A DNA stretch of 32,000 bases from Nostoc punctiforme PCC 73102 (GTDB taxonomy: Bacteria > Cyanobacteriota > Cyanobacteriia > Cyanobacteriales > Nostocaceae), in assembly GCF_000020025.1 (NCBI RefSeq), contig NC_010628.1:150001-182000 (forward strand). Direction: 5' to 3'. Position 1 is the stretch's first letter; each line of letters opens with the position of its first letter. The notes below the pieces were generated by a model. That model saw only the letters and a program-made list of their open reading frames with translations. It was not told the origin of the DNA and did not search any database. Positions 1 through 8,768 of this stretch are shown piece by piece. Made by a program: the position numbers and the translations under genes.

Positions 1-2199
1 GGCGATTCCTTAGAACGGGCAGAACGCAGTGGAGTTTTGGCAGGAGATGAACTGTTAGCGATCGCCACCACCCTCGCTGGTGCTAGAAGTTTGCGCCGTG
101 TCATCGACAATCAGGAAGATTTGCCGATACTGACTGAGTTAGTTGCCGATTTACGGACTTATCCAGAACTAGAACAAGAAATTCACCGATGTATTGATGA
201 ACGGGCCCAGGTAACTGACCGCGCGAGTCAAAAACTGGGAGAAATTCGCACAGATTTGCGGCGATTACGCAGCCAAATTACCCAAAAGCTCCAAAATATC
301 TTACAGGCGAAATCTGGGGCAGTTCAAGAACAACTAATTACCCAACGGAGCGATCGCTTTGTCATCCCCGTAAAAGCGCCCCAAAAAGATGCCATCCCCG
401 GTATTGTTCACGATACTTCTACAAGTGGTGCAACTCTGTACGTAGAACCAAATTCCGTAGTGCCTCTAGGCAACCAACTGCGGCAAATCATTAGAAAAGA
501 GCAAGCCGAAGAAGAAGCGATTCGCCGTATTTTGACGGAACAAGTAGCCGCAGTCAAACCAGATTTAGAGAGGTTGTTAGCGATCGCCACAACTTTAGAT
601 TTGGCAACCGCTAGATCGCGTTATAGTTACTGGCTAGGAGCAAATCCCCCGCGATTTATCCAGCGTCAAGACAGTGAAACCATTACCTTACGAAACTTAC
701 GGCATCCTTTATTAGTGTGGCAACAACAGCATGAACAAGGGCAACCAGTCGTTCCTGTAGATTTGCTGATCAACCCGCTAATTCGGGTAGTGACCATTAC
801 CGGGCCAAATACTGGCGGTAAAACTGTAACCTTAAAAACCTTGGGGTTAGCAGCATTGATGGCCAAAGTGGGTTTATTTGTCCCCGCCCGCGAACCAGTG
901 GAAATTCCTTGGTTTGACAAAGTGCTAGCAGATATTGGCGATGAACAATCCTTACAGCAAAGTTTATCCACATTCTCTGGTCACATCCGCCGAATTAGTC
1001 GAATTTTAGAAGCATTGGGAAATGGGGAATCGGGAAGCGAGGATGGGGAAAAGGAAATGCCCAATCCCCAATCACTCGTTTTACTTGATGAAGTCGGCGC
1101 AGGAACCGATCCAGTTGAAGGTAGCGCCTTAGCGATCGCCTTGTTACAATATCTCGCCAACCATGCCCAGCTAACGATCGCCACCACTCACTTTGGTGAA
1201 CTAAAAGCCCTGAAATACGAAGATGAGCGGTTTGAAAACGCCTCTGTTGAATTTGACGAAAGTACTCTCTCGCCTACTTACCGTTTGCTGTGGGGCATCC
1301 CTGGACGTTCTAATGCCTTAACTATTGCTTTGCGCTTGGGATTAAAGCCAGAAGTGGTACAACAGGCGAAAACTCAAGTGGGAGAGGCTACAGATGAAGT
1401 TAACCAGGTGATTGCAGGCTTAGAAGCCCAACGCCGCCGCCAGGAAACCAAAGCAGCCGAAGCCCAAAGTTTGTTGCAGCAAGCAGAACGTTTATACAAA
1501 GAGGTATCCGCAAAAGCCGCAAGTTTGGAGGAAAGGGAAAGTAGTTTGCGGGCTTCACAGGAAATAGCAGTCCAGCAAGCGATCGTCCAAGCAAAAGGTG
1601 AAATTGCCCAAGTGATTCGCCGTTTGCAAAAAGGTACGCCCACAGCCCAAGAAGCCCAGCAAGCCACCAATGCTTTGAATCAAATTGGCCAGCTTTATCA
1701 GCCAGCAACGCCAGCAAAACCAAAAGCTGGGTTTATGCCCAAAGTAGGCGATCGCGTCCGCATTCCCAAACTCGGACAAATAGCGGATGTGATCGCCGCC
1801 CCCGATGAAGATGGCGAGTTAAGCGTTCGGTTTGGGCTAATGAAGATGACTGTGAAGTTGCAAGACGTAGAATCTTTAGATGGTCAAAAACCCGAACCAA
1901 TCGTCAAAGCCAAACCAGCCCCAGCAGCAGTAACCCCACCAGCACAAAGTGTCCCAGAAATTCGCACTTCCAAAAATACTATCGATTTGCGTGGTAAACG
2001 GGTAGCTGATGCCGAATACATTTTAGATAAAGCCATTTCAGAAGCTACTGGCCCAATCTGGATTATTCATGGGTACGGTACTGGTAAACTGCGCCAAGGA
2101 GTTCACGCCTTTTTACAACAGCATCCCAGAGTGAACAACTACGAACCAGCAGAACAAGCAGATGGCGGTACTGGTGTTACCGTTGCTCATATCAAATAA
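1..2199 (+). CDS. mutS2: Endonuclease MutS2, 5'-truncated by the window edge
   Basis: The frame is open from nt 1, with no stop before the first ATG at 37, so the N-terminus lies upstream. Walker A 'GPNTGGKTVTLKT'; 'LLDEVGAGTDP'; C-terminal Smr domain ('IDLRGKRVADA...IIHGYGTGKLRQGV'). Confidence 0.92.
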   Translation, partial: GDSLERAERSGVLAGDELLAIATTLAGARSLRRVIDNQEDLPILTELVADLRTYPELEQEIHRCIDERAQVTDRASQKLGEIRTDLRRLRSQITQKLQNILQAKSGAVQEQLITQRSDRFVIPVKAPQKDAIPGIVHDTSTSGATLYVEPNSVVPLGNQLRQIIRKEQAEEEAIRRILTEQVAAVKPDLERLLAIATTLDLATARSRYSYWLGANPPRFIQRQDSETITLRNLRHPLLVWQQQHEQGQPVVPVDLLINPLIRVVTITGPNTGGKTVTLKTLGLAALMAKVGLFVPAREPVEIPWFDKVLADIGDEQSLQQSLSTFSGHIRRISRILEALGNGESGSEDGEKEMPNPQSLVLLDEVGAGTDPVEGSALAIALLQYLANHAQLTIATTHFGELKALKYEDERFENASVEFDESTLSPTYRLLWGIPGRSNALTIALRLGLKPEVVQQAKTQVGEATDEVNQVIAGLEAQRRRQETKAAEAQSLLQQAERLYKEVSAKAASLEERESSLRASQEIAVQQAIVQAKGEIAQVIRRLQKGTPTAQEAQQATNALNQIGQLYQPATPAKPKAGFMPKVGDRVRIPKLGQIADVIAAPDEDGELSVRFGLMKMTVKLQDVESLDGQKPEPIVKAKPAPAAVTPPAQSVPEIRTSKNTIDLRGKRVADAEYILDKAISEATGPIWIIHGYGTGKLRQGVHAFLQQHPRVNNYEPAEQADGGTGVTVAHIK
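1018..1072. repeat. Heptamer-type (GGGGAAT / CCCCAAT) imperfect inverted repeat embedded in frame in mutS2
   Basis: 'ggaaatggggaatcggg' (1018-1034) faces 'cccaatccccaat' (1060-1072). It is translated as 'GNGESGSEDGEKEMPNPQ', between the conserved 'ISRILEAL' and 'SLVLLDEVGAGTDP'. Confidence 0.5.
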
Positions 2200-2292
2200 A
2201 GTTCACTTGCAAATGGTAATCTTCAGAATTTTGAGATAATCTACCAACCAAGATTTACTGTTTGCAAGTCTCTTTATTAAATAGTTGGTACG

Positions 2293-2925
2293 TTACTGTC
2301 TACGATGTGCATTTCCATACCTAAATTTATTAGTAAAATCAGATACCCTTAGATAGATAAAACCACTAACCACTAACAGACCAAATATTGAATCCGATTC
2401 TGGAACTGTTACGACTTTACCAGAGCCACTGATTGTATTCGTAAAAGCGCCAAAGTCAGTTACTTTACGACCAGTTGTAATTAAAAAGTAATTACGTTGA
2501 GCGGTTAATTCTTGGCTGAATGCAGGACTGCCATTATTAGGAGTAGTATTTGCTATGAGGACATTGGTCAATTGATTAGTGGAATTAAAACTGTCTTGAT
2601 ATAAAACTAGAAAATTATCCCAGGCTCCATCAGTAGATGTCGTAGCTCCAGGTACAGTACTTGCAAATGTATATAAACTCGATTGTTCTACTGTAAACTC
2701 AAAAACACTATAGGGCACAATCATACCCATTGTCCCATCTTTTTGACCACTTACTAGATCGGGAGGCTCACCAGGTGCAGTACGTCGCCAAGTTTCCTGA
2801 TTTGTTGTATCACCTTGATAAGTCAAAACAAAGGCTCTAGAAGGAGTTGCGGTACAAAGAGTAGTCAATCCTAACCCTAGAGCGATAATTAGTTGTTTTG
2901 TAAAAAACCTTGCTTTCAACATCAA
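2293..2925 (-). CDS. Secreted hypothetical protein with PEP-CTERM-like C-terminal tail
   Basis: N-terminal signal peptide ('LIIALGLGLTTLCTATPSRA'). C-terminal 'VPESDSIFGLLVVSGFIYLR', i.e. a VPE motif, a hydrophobic helix and a basic residue. Confidence 0.6.
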   Translation of the reverse strand: MMLKARFFTKQLIIALGLGLTTLCTATPSRAFVLTYQGDTTNQETWRRTAPGEPPDLVSGQKDGTMGMIVPYSVFEFTVEQSSLYTFASTVPGATTSTDGAWDNFLVLYQDSFNSTNQLTNVLIANTTPNNGSPAFSQELTAQRNYFLITTGRKVTDFGAFTNTISGSGKVVTVPESDSIFGLLVVSGFIYLRVSDFTNKFRYGNAHRRQ

Positions 2926-3018
2926 ATTTTCTCTTGAATCTAAATTAAGATAATTGTCTTCTCTTCACCTGTTATTTTCTAATTTTTTACCCAGAAAATA
3001 GGATGAATTTCATACAGG

Positions 3019-3837
3019 TTACGGCAATAATTTGCTACTTTTAGGTAATTTAAATAACATGAAAAAGGAGAAAACTATTAGTAATAAGCCTGATGAAGAA
3101 GGTTCTGGAACTTTGGTAATTGCTAACGAGAGGTTATCTGCATAGCCATCATTTACGCGCCCACGAACATAGTTCACATTCAGAACAACATTAATTTGTC
3201 TTGCACCAACGGGAACAAAACCCTTCGTAGACTTGAATAATAAACCAGTTGTGTTATTTCTTTTGTCTGGAGCGGGGGAATTAATGAATGTTGTGTCCAG
3301 AGATTGACCATCTTGATTGAGGAAATTAAGACTAAATTTCACATTATCTAAATCAGTGTCGTAGCCACCCAACCAGGCACTCAAATCGTATGCTCCTTGA
3401 CCAGCATCAATTACAGAAGCAAGGTCAGTTATATCAATTAGCTGAGAAGCACTTGATGAGCCTCTATCAGCGCCACCAAAAAACAAATTTTTTCCTCGTA
3501 CACTTGGCCCTAAACTATTAGCATCAGGAAGTCCACTAACGGCAACTACATTACCCAAAGGGTTAGTAAATTCAAAACCTGTTGCTCCATATTGCAGGAC
3601 ACTAAAACTATCAGTTGTAATCCAGTTAGGGATAAAGGGAATATCAGTCCCAACAGCATTACCAATGGGATCTCCTTGTCCTTGTTCTGCATCGCCATTA
3701 ATAATCAGATTTTGCCCAAGGGTGGCTGCATGGATAGGGTTAGCAAGGAGAATACTTGATGAAATTCCTGTTATCACAGCTAGACTAAATTTTGATATTT
3801 TTTGAGAGAAAAAAGGAAAAATTTCGACCTTCTTCAT
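3019..3837 (-). CDS. PEP-CTERM sorting-domain protein with jelly-roll/lectin-like ectodomain
   Basis: Signal peptide ending 'ANPIHA'. 'NLIINGDAEQG...' and '...NDGYADNLSL' resemble galactose-binding-like domains. The tail 'VPEPSSSGLLLIVFSFFMLFKLPKSSK' is a textbook PEP-CTERM. Confidence 0.75.
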   Translation of the reverse strand: MKKVEIFPFFSQKISKFSLAVITGISSSILLANPIHAATLGQNLIINGDAEQGQGDPIGNAVGTDIPFIPNWITTDSFSVLQYGATGFEFTNPLGNVVAVSGLPDANSLGPSVRGKNLFFGGADRGSSSASQLIDITDLASVIDAGQGAYDLSAWLGGYDTDLDNVKFSLNFLNQDGQSLDTTFINSPAPDKRNNTTGLLFKSTKGFVPVGARQINVVLNVNYVRGRVNDGYADNLSLAITKVPEPSSSGLLLIVFSFFMLFKLPKSSKLLP

Positions 3838-3900
3838 GTTTTACTTCTTTGTTAAGTGACCAAAATGTTGATTAAGAACAAGATAAGATTAATAAGTTTT

Positions 3901-4827
3901 CTAGCTGCGGGATTCTGATTTGATTCGTTGCTTTGTATTCAAAATTAAAGCTAAACCTAAAGCCAGTAAAACTCCACCTGCACCTTGATGTTCAGGAACA
4001 GAAGTAGAGGGACTGCTAAATCCATACTTTGTTAAAATTTCTTGCCCTTCTGGTGACAGGATATATTCAGCTAATTTTTCACCATCAGGATCGGCATTTT
4101 TCAGTGTAGTTAGTCCATAATTAGCTTTTGTTGCCAAATAATCAGGTAATTCTACTATTTGCAAATTTTCACCACCTGCTGTTACTTGGGCAGTCTTACC
4201 ACTGGTGTAATAAGCTAAAAAGATATCTGCCTGCTTTGTTTCTTCGAGAAAATAGACTAAATTATTTTTGCCATTAGGAACAATTGGAGCATTAGGATTA
4301 CCACCTACCAACTGCAAGGCTTTATTCTTCAAAATTTGAGAGTTACCAGGTGTAATTTGATCTGACTTGTCAAAGATCTGCCATGCATAGTTACCAGATG
4401 GATCTGCTATAGGCGTGGAAGTTCCTAACTTGATTTCCGGCTTTAGCAAAAAATTCAACAAATTATTTGATGTGATACCAAGTCCCGATCGCACAACAGC
4501 AACCATGCGGTTACTAGTGAAATTCACTACTGGTTCGCTTAAACCTTCTTGAAACAATGTCTGAGGATTATCAACATCTGCACTAGCAAAAACATCTGCG
4601 GATTTTCCGGTTTTGGAAAATTCTTGTTCTATAAATTCTCGTGTTAAACCAGATGGTCCAAATCGCGTTTCTACTGGAATCCCATATTTCTCGCTAAAAG
4701 ATTCAGCTACTTCAGTCAGGCTATCGCGTAAACTACCAGCACCGTATAGATTAACTGCTAATGCCTTAGTTGGTATCACACTGACAGCACAAGCTATCAG
4801 TGAAAAGGCAAAAAAATGCTTTTTCAT
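3901..4827 (-). CDS. ModA-family (molybdate/oxyanion-type) periplasmic binding-fold protein with PEP-CTERM-like tail
   Basis: Signal peptide 'FSLIACAVSVIPTKALA'. 'LYGAGSLRDSLTEVAESFSEKYGIPVETRFGPSG...DVFASAD' matches the ModA pattern. C-terminal 'VPEHQGAGGVLLALGLALILNTKQRIK'. No adjacent permease or ATPase gene. Confidence 0.7.
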   Translation of the reverse strand: MKKHFFAFSLIACAVSVIPTKALAVNLYGAGSLRDSLTEVAESFSEKYGIPVETRFGPSGLTREFIEQEFSKTGKSADVFASADVDNPQTLFQEGLSEPVVNFTSNRMVAVVRSGLGITSNNLLNFLLKPEIKLGTSTPIADPSGNYAWQIFDKSDQITPGNSQILKNKALQLVGGNPNAPIVPNGKNNLVYFLEETKQADIFLAYYTSGKTAQVTAGGENLQIVELPDYLATKANYGLTTLKNADPDGEKLAEYILSPEGQEILTKYGFSSPSTSVPEHQGAGGVLLALGLALILNTKQRIKSESRS

Positions 4828-5552
4828 CGTTATTATATTATTGTGTTGTTATTACTACTCAGTGAATTATCTATAATCCATACTTAAGTATGAAGTTTGG
4901 CATACGTCTAAACTATTACCTCTATTCCTCAAAGTAAAAGTGAATTTTGATATGTGTGTGGTTGGCGATAAAAGTTATAGTACCAACTAAGTTGGATTAA
5001 ATCAATTAGCCAACATCTTCAAACGCTGACTTTACCAAATTTTTAAATTTGCGATCGCTTTCAATGAGGCATCAATCGTCCTGATGTTGTGCAGCCTATC
5101 CTGAAATAACAGGCTGCACACAAGCAAAACTGCTGTCTAGCAGCAAAAAGCATCTTGAGCAAAGAGCCAAAAGATTTGTATAGTAATTATGTATACATCA
5201 ACACTAAATAATAAACATCAATAAATTTCAAAATTTAAACCGCAAATAAATTAGGAGGCATTCTACACAATTACTTAGCGAGAACTAACAGTTAGCATTC
5301 AAAACATAGTTTATTTATACTCTTGTACGGAATTAGCAGTCAAAGTCAGGTAAACCTTAATTAGAATTGATACTTTTCTACTTTGTTGAAAATAAATTTT
5401 CATCTAGAGTAAGACAAAGATACATGCTGTTTACCACATAGAAAAAATCTAGCTGAAGTCTCTGGCTCATAGCTATGGGAAACCAAGTTTGATGCTTGAG
5501 AGTCTGGTTTCAAAATGGGTAACAGCAACATCCCCTATCAGCTTGATCACCT

Positions 5553-6158
5553 ATGCTAAAAGTTATGCACTCGGCCGCCAACTCAGCCACGCCAAATTCT
5601 CAGTGGGAGGATTTAATCAAGCTTCCAGCCCCAAACACAGTCCAATGGGATAATATCAAAACCCAATTAGATTTGGTGCTGTTGGCGTTAGAAACCTTAA
5701 CTGGGATTGGTTCAGAGGCTATGCTTTCGGCGGCAACTGATCTGAACTTAGAGTCAAGAGTGCCAGACCGCGTAGCTTTATGGCGACTGCGCCAGTCAAA
5801 TCCCCTACGTAAAGGTCAAGGAGGGCGAAAAAAGCTAGATGTCGAAGAAGCGCGATCGCTTGTTCTGATCATCTGCTACTTAGCCAAACAGCACCAGGAA
5901 TTAATTCGCCGCGCTGTCGGTCTGTTGGAACAAATGGCAGAAAATAACCGGGAACCTCACCAGGCTGCCTTACTTGGAGACTATATTGATGCTTTTTGCA
6001 ACACCTACCAAGAGCGGATGGAAGAGGATGAGAAAATCTCAACAGATTTACTTACCAACCTGGCACTAAAACTGCTTGTAGATTTACTTTTTTACAGTGC
6101 CCCTGGTGGGCATCGCCGTCTCTGGCTAGCACTTATAGACCGTTCGACAAAATTTTAG
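5553..6158 (+). CDS. Conserved cyanobacterial hypothetical protein (recalled as DUF3038-like)
   Basis: 201-aa ORF with normal codon usage. Helical, no transmembrane segment. Motifs 'LDLVLLALETL' and 'GGHRRLW'. Family name is from memory only. Confidence 0.6.
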   Translation: MLKVMHSAANSATPNSQWEDLIKLPAPNTVQWDNIKTQLDLVLLALETLTGIGSEAMLSAATDLNLESRVPDRVALWRLRQSNPLRKGQGGRKKLDVEEARSLVLIICYLAKQHQELIRRAVGLLEQMAENNREPHQAALLGDYIDAFCNTYQERMEEDEKISTDLLTNLALKLLVDLLFYSAPGGHRRLWLALIDRSTKF

Positions 6159-6409
6159 ATTTGAAATTTGAAATTCCTCAATCAAAATTTGCTTGTGATT
6201 TGTTTGCTAGATCGGGAAACTCTTTTGATCGTCATTAGCTCTTGGGCGATGTACTATCAGCACTGCTTCCTCCTGGCACAAGACTAGACAACGGAAGAAA
6301 CCTGACAAACTTCCTTCACTCAGAAGAAATTCACCGTTTCAACTTTTCTTTGCAAGCAACTGGCTTAACTTTTTGCAAAACCCAAATAGTCTTCCTCGCA
6401 GTTCCTGCC

Positions 6410-8080
6410 ATGCCTCTATCAAATTCTGTAATTCGTCGCTACACACCACCTACTTGCACGTTAGAAGTATTCGCCCAAAGCTCGCCTCTGTCCCGTTGGA
6501 TGGGGAAAAGTGTCCTCAAACACCTCAGCTTTGAACTACGCTTTGATGATCCCCGACTACCAGAAGAACAAAGAGTTCCAATTCGGGGCGATCGCGAGCA
6601 ACTTGAAGCTTTATGTGATGCAGTCACAAACTATGTACAGCAATTTCTCCAACAGTCTCCAGAAAGCTTTTGGGTCAGTTTCTCTGGTACCCACGAATCA
6701 AGCACAGCAATGGGTGAGCCGGAATTAAAGTCCTCAACAAAAACATTAAATTCCTTTAGCACCCAGTTTCCTGGGGCAAATATACGCTTAGAACCAAGTA
6801 GCTATTTAACTCACAACTTATTTCTCGGTTCTCTCGCCAACCACTCATCTGGTCCCGTAATTCAACTTACTCTGCTGCAAATATTCGATTTGGCAAGTGC
6901 TTTAGATGAATACTCAACTGATGTTATGGCACTCCCAACTCTCAATACCACAAGTTCGACTCTGAGGTTCCCTGCTTGGGCACCTGTTGCCGCAGTATTA
7001 GTGTTAGGTATAGGTTTCTTACCAATTACTTGGCAATATGCTAACAGCATTAGAGAAAAGGAACAGCAGACAGCTAAAACATCAGATCCAGCAGCAGTAA
7101 AGACAGCTTTAGAACCTTCAACTTCACTAAACTTTCCTACGCCTGAACCTGGAATTATCCCTCCATCGGATAATTTGCTAGGTTCCACTCCTCCACTTTC
7201 CACATCTACTTTACCGCAAGCACCTTTAACAGCCCCTAGTTCTAGTTTCTCTGCACCGCAATCTCTATTGCCCAATAATGCAGTGACAACAACCCAGAGC
7301 AAGACTGCTACCCTTCCTAGTAATGGAGTGATGCCTTCTCTGCGAGACGCTACGGGAGCGGCGAGCTTCTCTACGAGACGCTCCGCGATCGCTAACGCAC
7401 CATCAAGTAAAATCCCAGGGCAGGAAATAGCCATAGTACCAAATCTTGGACAGAACCCTACAGGGCCAAATCCCCAAGCGGGTAATCTCCCTCAACTGAG
7501 AAATTTGCCACCCAGGCTCTCTTCTAACACGAGCAGCTTACCAACTAATATCTCACCAGTCTCCCCCCCGTCTCTTAGCACTATACCCAATAATGGTGGC
7601 AATACTCGTACCCAAACCTCGCCACTAACCTCACAACAGCTAGACGAAAGAATCAATTCTCTACAGCAACCTTCTCCTGGAGAAAAACCTGCTTCACAAC
7701 TTTCCTCATCTAGAACTGCGGAGAATAATCCATTCATCGATCAGTTGGGGGACGGACGCAAAACTCCTAAATCCAGAGAAGTAGCTACTGGTACATTATT
7801 TGACACGCCTCAAGTAGCAGAAGCTAGAGAATACTTAAGCAAGCGTTGGCAACCACCCACTGGACTAGGACAAGCATTAGAGTACAGTTTGATAGTCAGT
7901 GTTGACGGCACAGTGGAGAGAATTTTTCCCCTTAATAAGGCAGCAAGAGAATTCGTTGATAACGCTGGGATGCCTGAAGTTGGCAAACCTTTTGTTTCCG
8001 CTAATAAAAGTGGACAAAATGTCAGAATTCGAGTTGTTCTCAGTCCTGATGGCAAGGTACAGACTTTTCCAGATGAATAG
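6410..8080 (+). CDS. Conserved cyanobacterial hypothetical protein (recalled as DUF4335-like) with long Pro/Ser/Thr-rich linker
   Basis: The most plausible start is ATG 6410 ('MPLSNSVIRRYTPPTCTLEV'); the ORF track starts at an upstream TTG at 6242. One transmembrane segment ('WAPVAAVLVLGIGFLPITW'), then a low-complexity P/S/T linker of about 250 aa, then a C-terminal globular domain ('WQPPTGLGQALEYSLIVSVDGTVERIFPL...'). Confidence 0.65.
   Translation: MPLSNSVIRRYTPPTCTLEVFAQSSPLSRWMGKSVLKHLSFELRFDDPRLPEEQRVPIRGDREQLEALCDAVTNYVQQFLQQSPESFWVSFSGTHESSTAMGEPELKSSTKTLNSFSTQFPGANIRLEPSSYLTHNLFLGSLANHSSGPVIQLTLLQIFDLASALDEYSTDVMALPTLNTTSSTLRFPAWAPVAAVLVLGIGFLPITWQYANSIREKEQQTAKTSDPAAVKTALEPSTSLNFPTPEPGIIPPSDNLLGSTPPLSTSTLPQAPLTAPSSSFSAPQSLLPNNAVTTTQSKTATLPSNGVMPSLRDATGAASFSTRRSAIANAPSSKIPGQEIAIVPNLGQNPTGPNPQAGNLPQLRNLPPRLSSNTSSLPTNISPVSPPSLSTIPNNGGNTRTQTSPLTSQQLDERINSLQQPSPGEKPASQLSSSRTAENNPFIDQLGDGRKTPKSREVATGTLFDTPQVAEAREYLSKRWQPPTGLGQALEYSLIVSVDGTVERIFPLNKAAREFVDNAGMPEVGKPFVSANKSGQNVRIRVVLSPDGKVQTFPDE
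7336..7382. repeat. Two copies of a 16-nt small dispersed repeat (TTCTCT[G/A]CGAGACGCT), 31 nt apart, inside a CDS
   Basis: 7336-7351 and 7367-7382 differ at one position. A related copy, 'TCTCTACAAGACGCT', lies at 17708-17722. A HIP1 site follows at 7385-7392. Confidence 0.6.
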
Positions 8081-8357
8081 CTAAACTCATCCTTGTTAAT
8101 GCCACTTATAAAACTGGTACAAATCTTGTGCCAGTTTCTACTTACTACAATTGCTATTGAGCTTATCTGTTGAAGACCAGTTATGAAACTGGTATTACTC
8201 TTGATACCAGTAACCCTACCAATAAATATAATTACTGTTAACACCAATTCTCCAAAACTAAACTATAGATACAAGTCTGTAAATCCAGATGAAATATTAC
8301 GCTTCTTAATTACGAATTAAGAATTGGTATTAATAACTCATATCAAAGGTAGGAAAT

Positions 8358-8642
8358 ATGCAAACAATTGGCACCCAAAAAGACAGTGCAGCTTGGGTTA
8401 TTCAAACTTGGGCAGCTTTTGTGATTTCTATTTCTATGACCACCTTCGGTATTGTAAACTTACCTGTAAATGGCTGGGTGAAAGGCTTTATGGGTATGGG
8501 TATGGCTTTCTCTGTTGGCTCAACTTTTACTTTGGCGAAAACTACTAGAGACTTGCATGAAAATAGAAGATTAACTGCAAGATTAGACGAGGCAAAAGTA
8601 GAAAAATTGCTTTCACAGCACGATCCTCTAAATTTCAAATGA
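8358..8642 (+). CDS. YiaA/YiaB two-helix family small membrane protein
   Basis: Two hydrophobic helices and the pattern 'W..F.......GI..LP...W.KG......F.V.S...L.K..RD', as in E. coli YiaA/YiaB. Confidence 0.65.
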   Translation: MQTIGTQKDSAAWVIQTWAAFVISISMTTFGIVNLPVNGWVKGFMGMGMAFSVGSTFTLAKTTRDLHENRRLTARLDEAKVEKLLSQHDPLNFK

Positions 8643-8718
8643 AGGGAGTTAGCCCTTACAGGGAATTCAAAATTCCAAATTATCCTTACATTAGAAATTA
8701 ACTACATAACGAAAAACA

Positions 8719-8743
8719 AAAGGACTGGATATACCAGTCCTTT
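8719..8743. terminator. Bidirectional hairpin between convergent genes
   Basis: Perfect 10-bp stem 'aaaggactgg'/'ccagtccttt' with a 5-nt loop. A-rich on the 5' side and T-rich on the 3' side. Confidence 0.55.
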
Positions 8744-8768
8744 CTTATATTTATTTAACGTTTTTATC

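Noticed and set aside
408-1779. Several 60-107-aa ORFs antisense to, or out of frame within, mutS2
   Set aside because: They are embedded in a well-supported CDS and their Cys/Trp/Arg-rich composition is implausible.
2205-2269. 9-bp inverted repeat 'acttgcaaa'/'tttgcaagt' between mutS2 and the first PEP-CTERM gene
   Set aside because: The arms are separated by a 47-nt loop and there is no T tract. It is not a convincing intrinsic terminator and may be coincidental or repeat-derived.
5183-5196. Perfect NtcA-type palindrome GTA-N8-TAC ('gtaattatgtatac') with a possible TAN3T -10 box at about 5222-5227
   Set aside because: About eight such matches are expected by chance in 32 kb, and more in AT-rich spacers. 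The site lies more than 300 nt from either neighbouring start codon. There is not enough evidence to call it a regulatory site.
6862-8247. Antisense ORFs 6862-7434, 7492-7737 and 7810-8247 opposite the DUF4335-like gene
   Set aside because: They mirror the low-complexity P/S/T linker of the sense gene. They have no start context or domain signature, so they are shadow ORFs.
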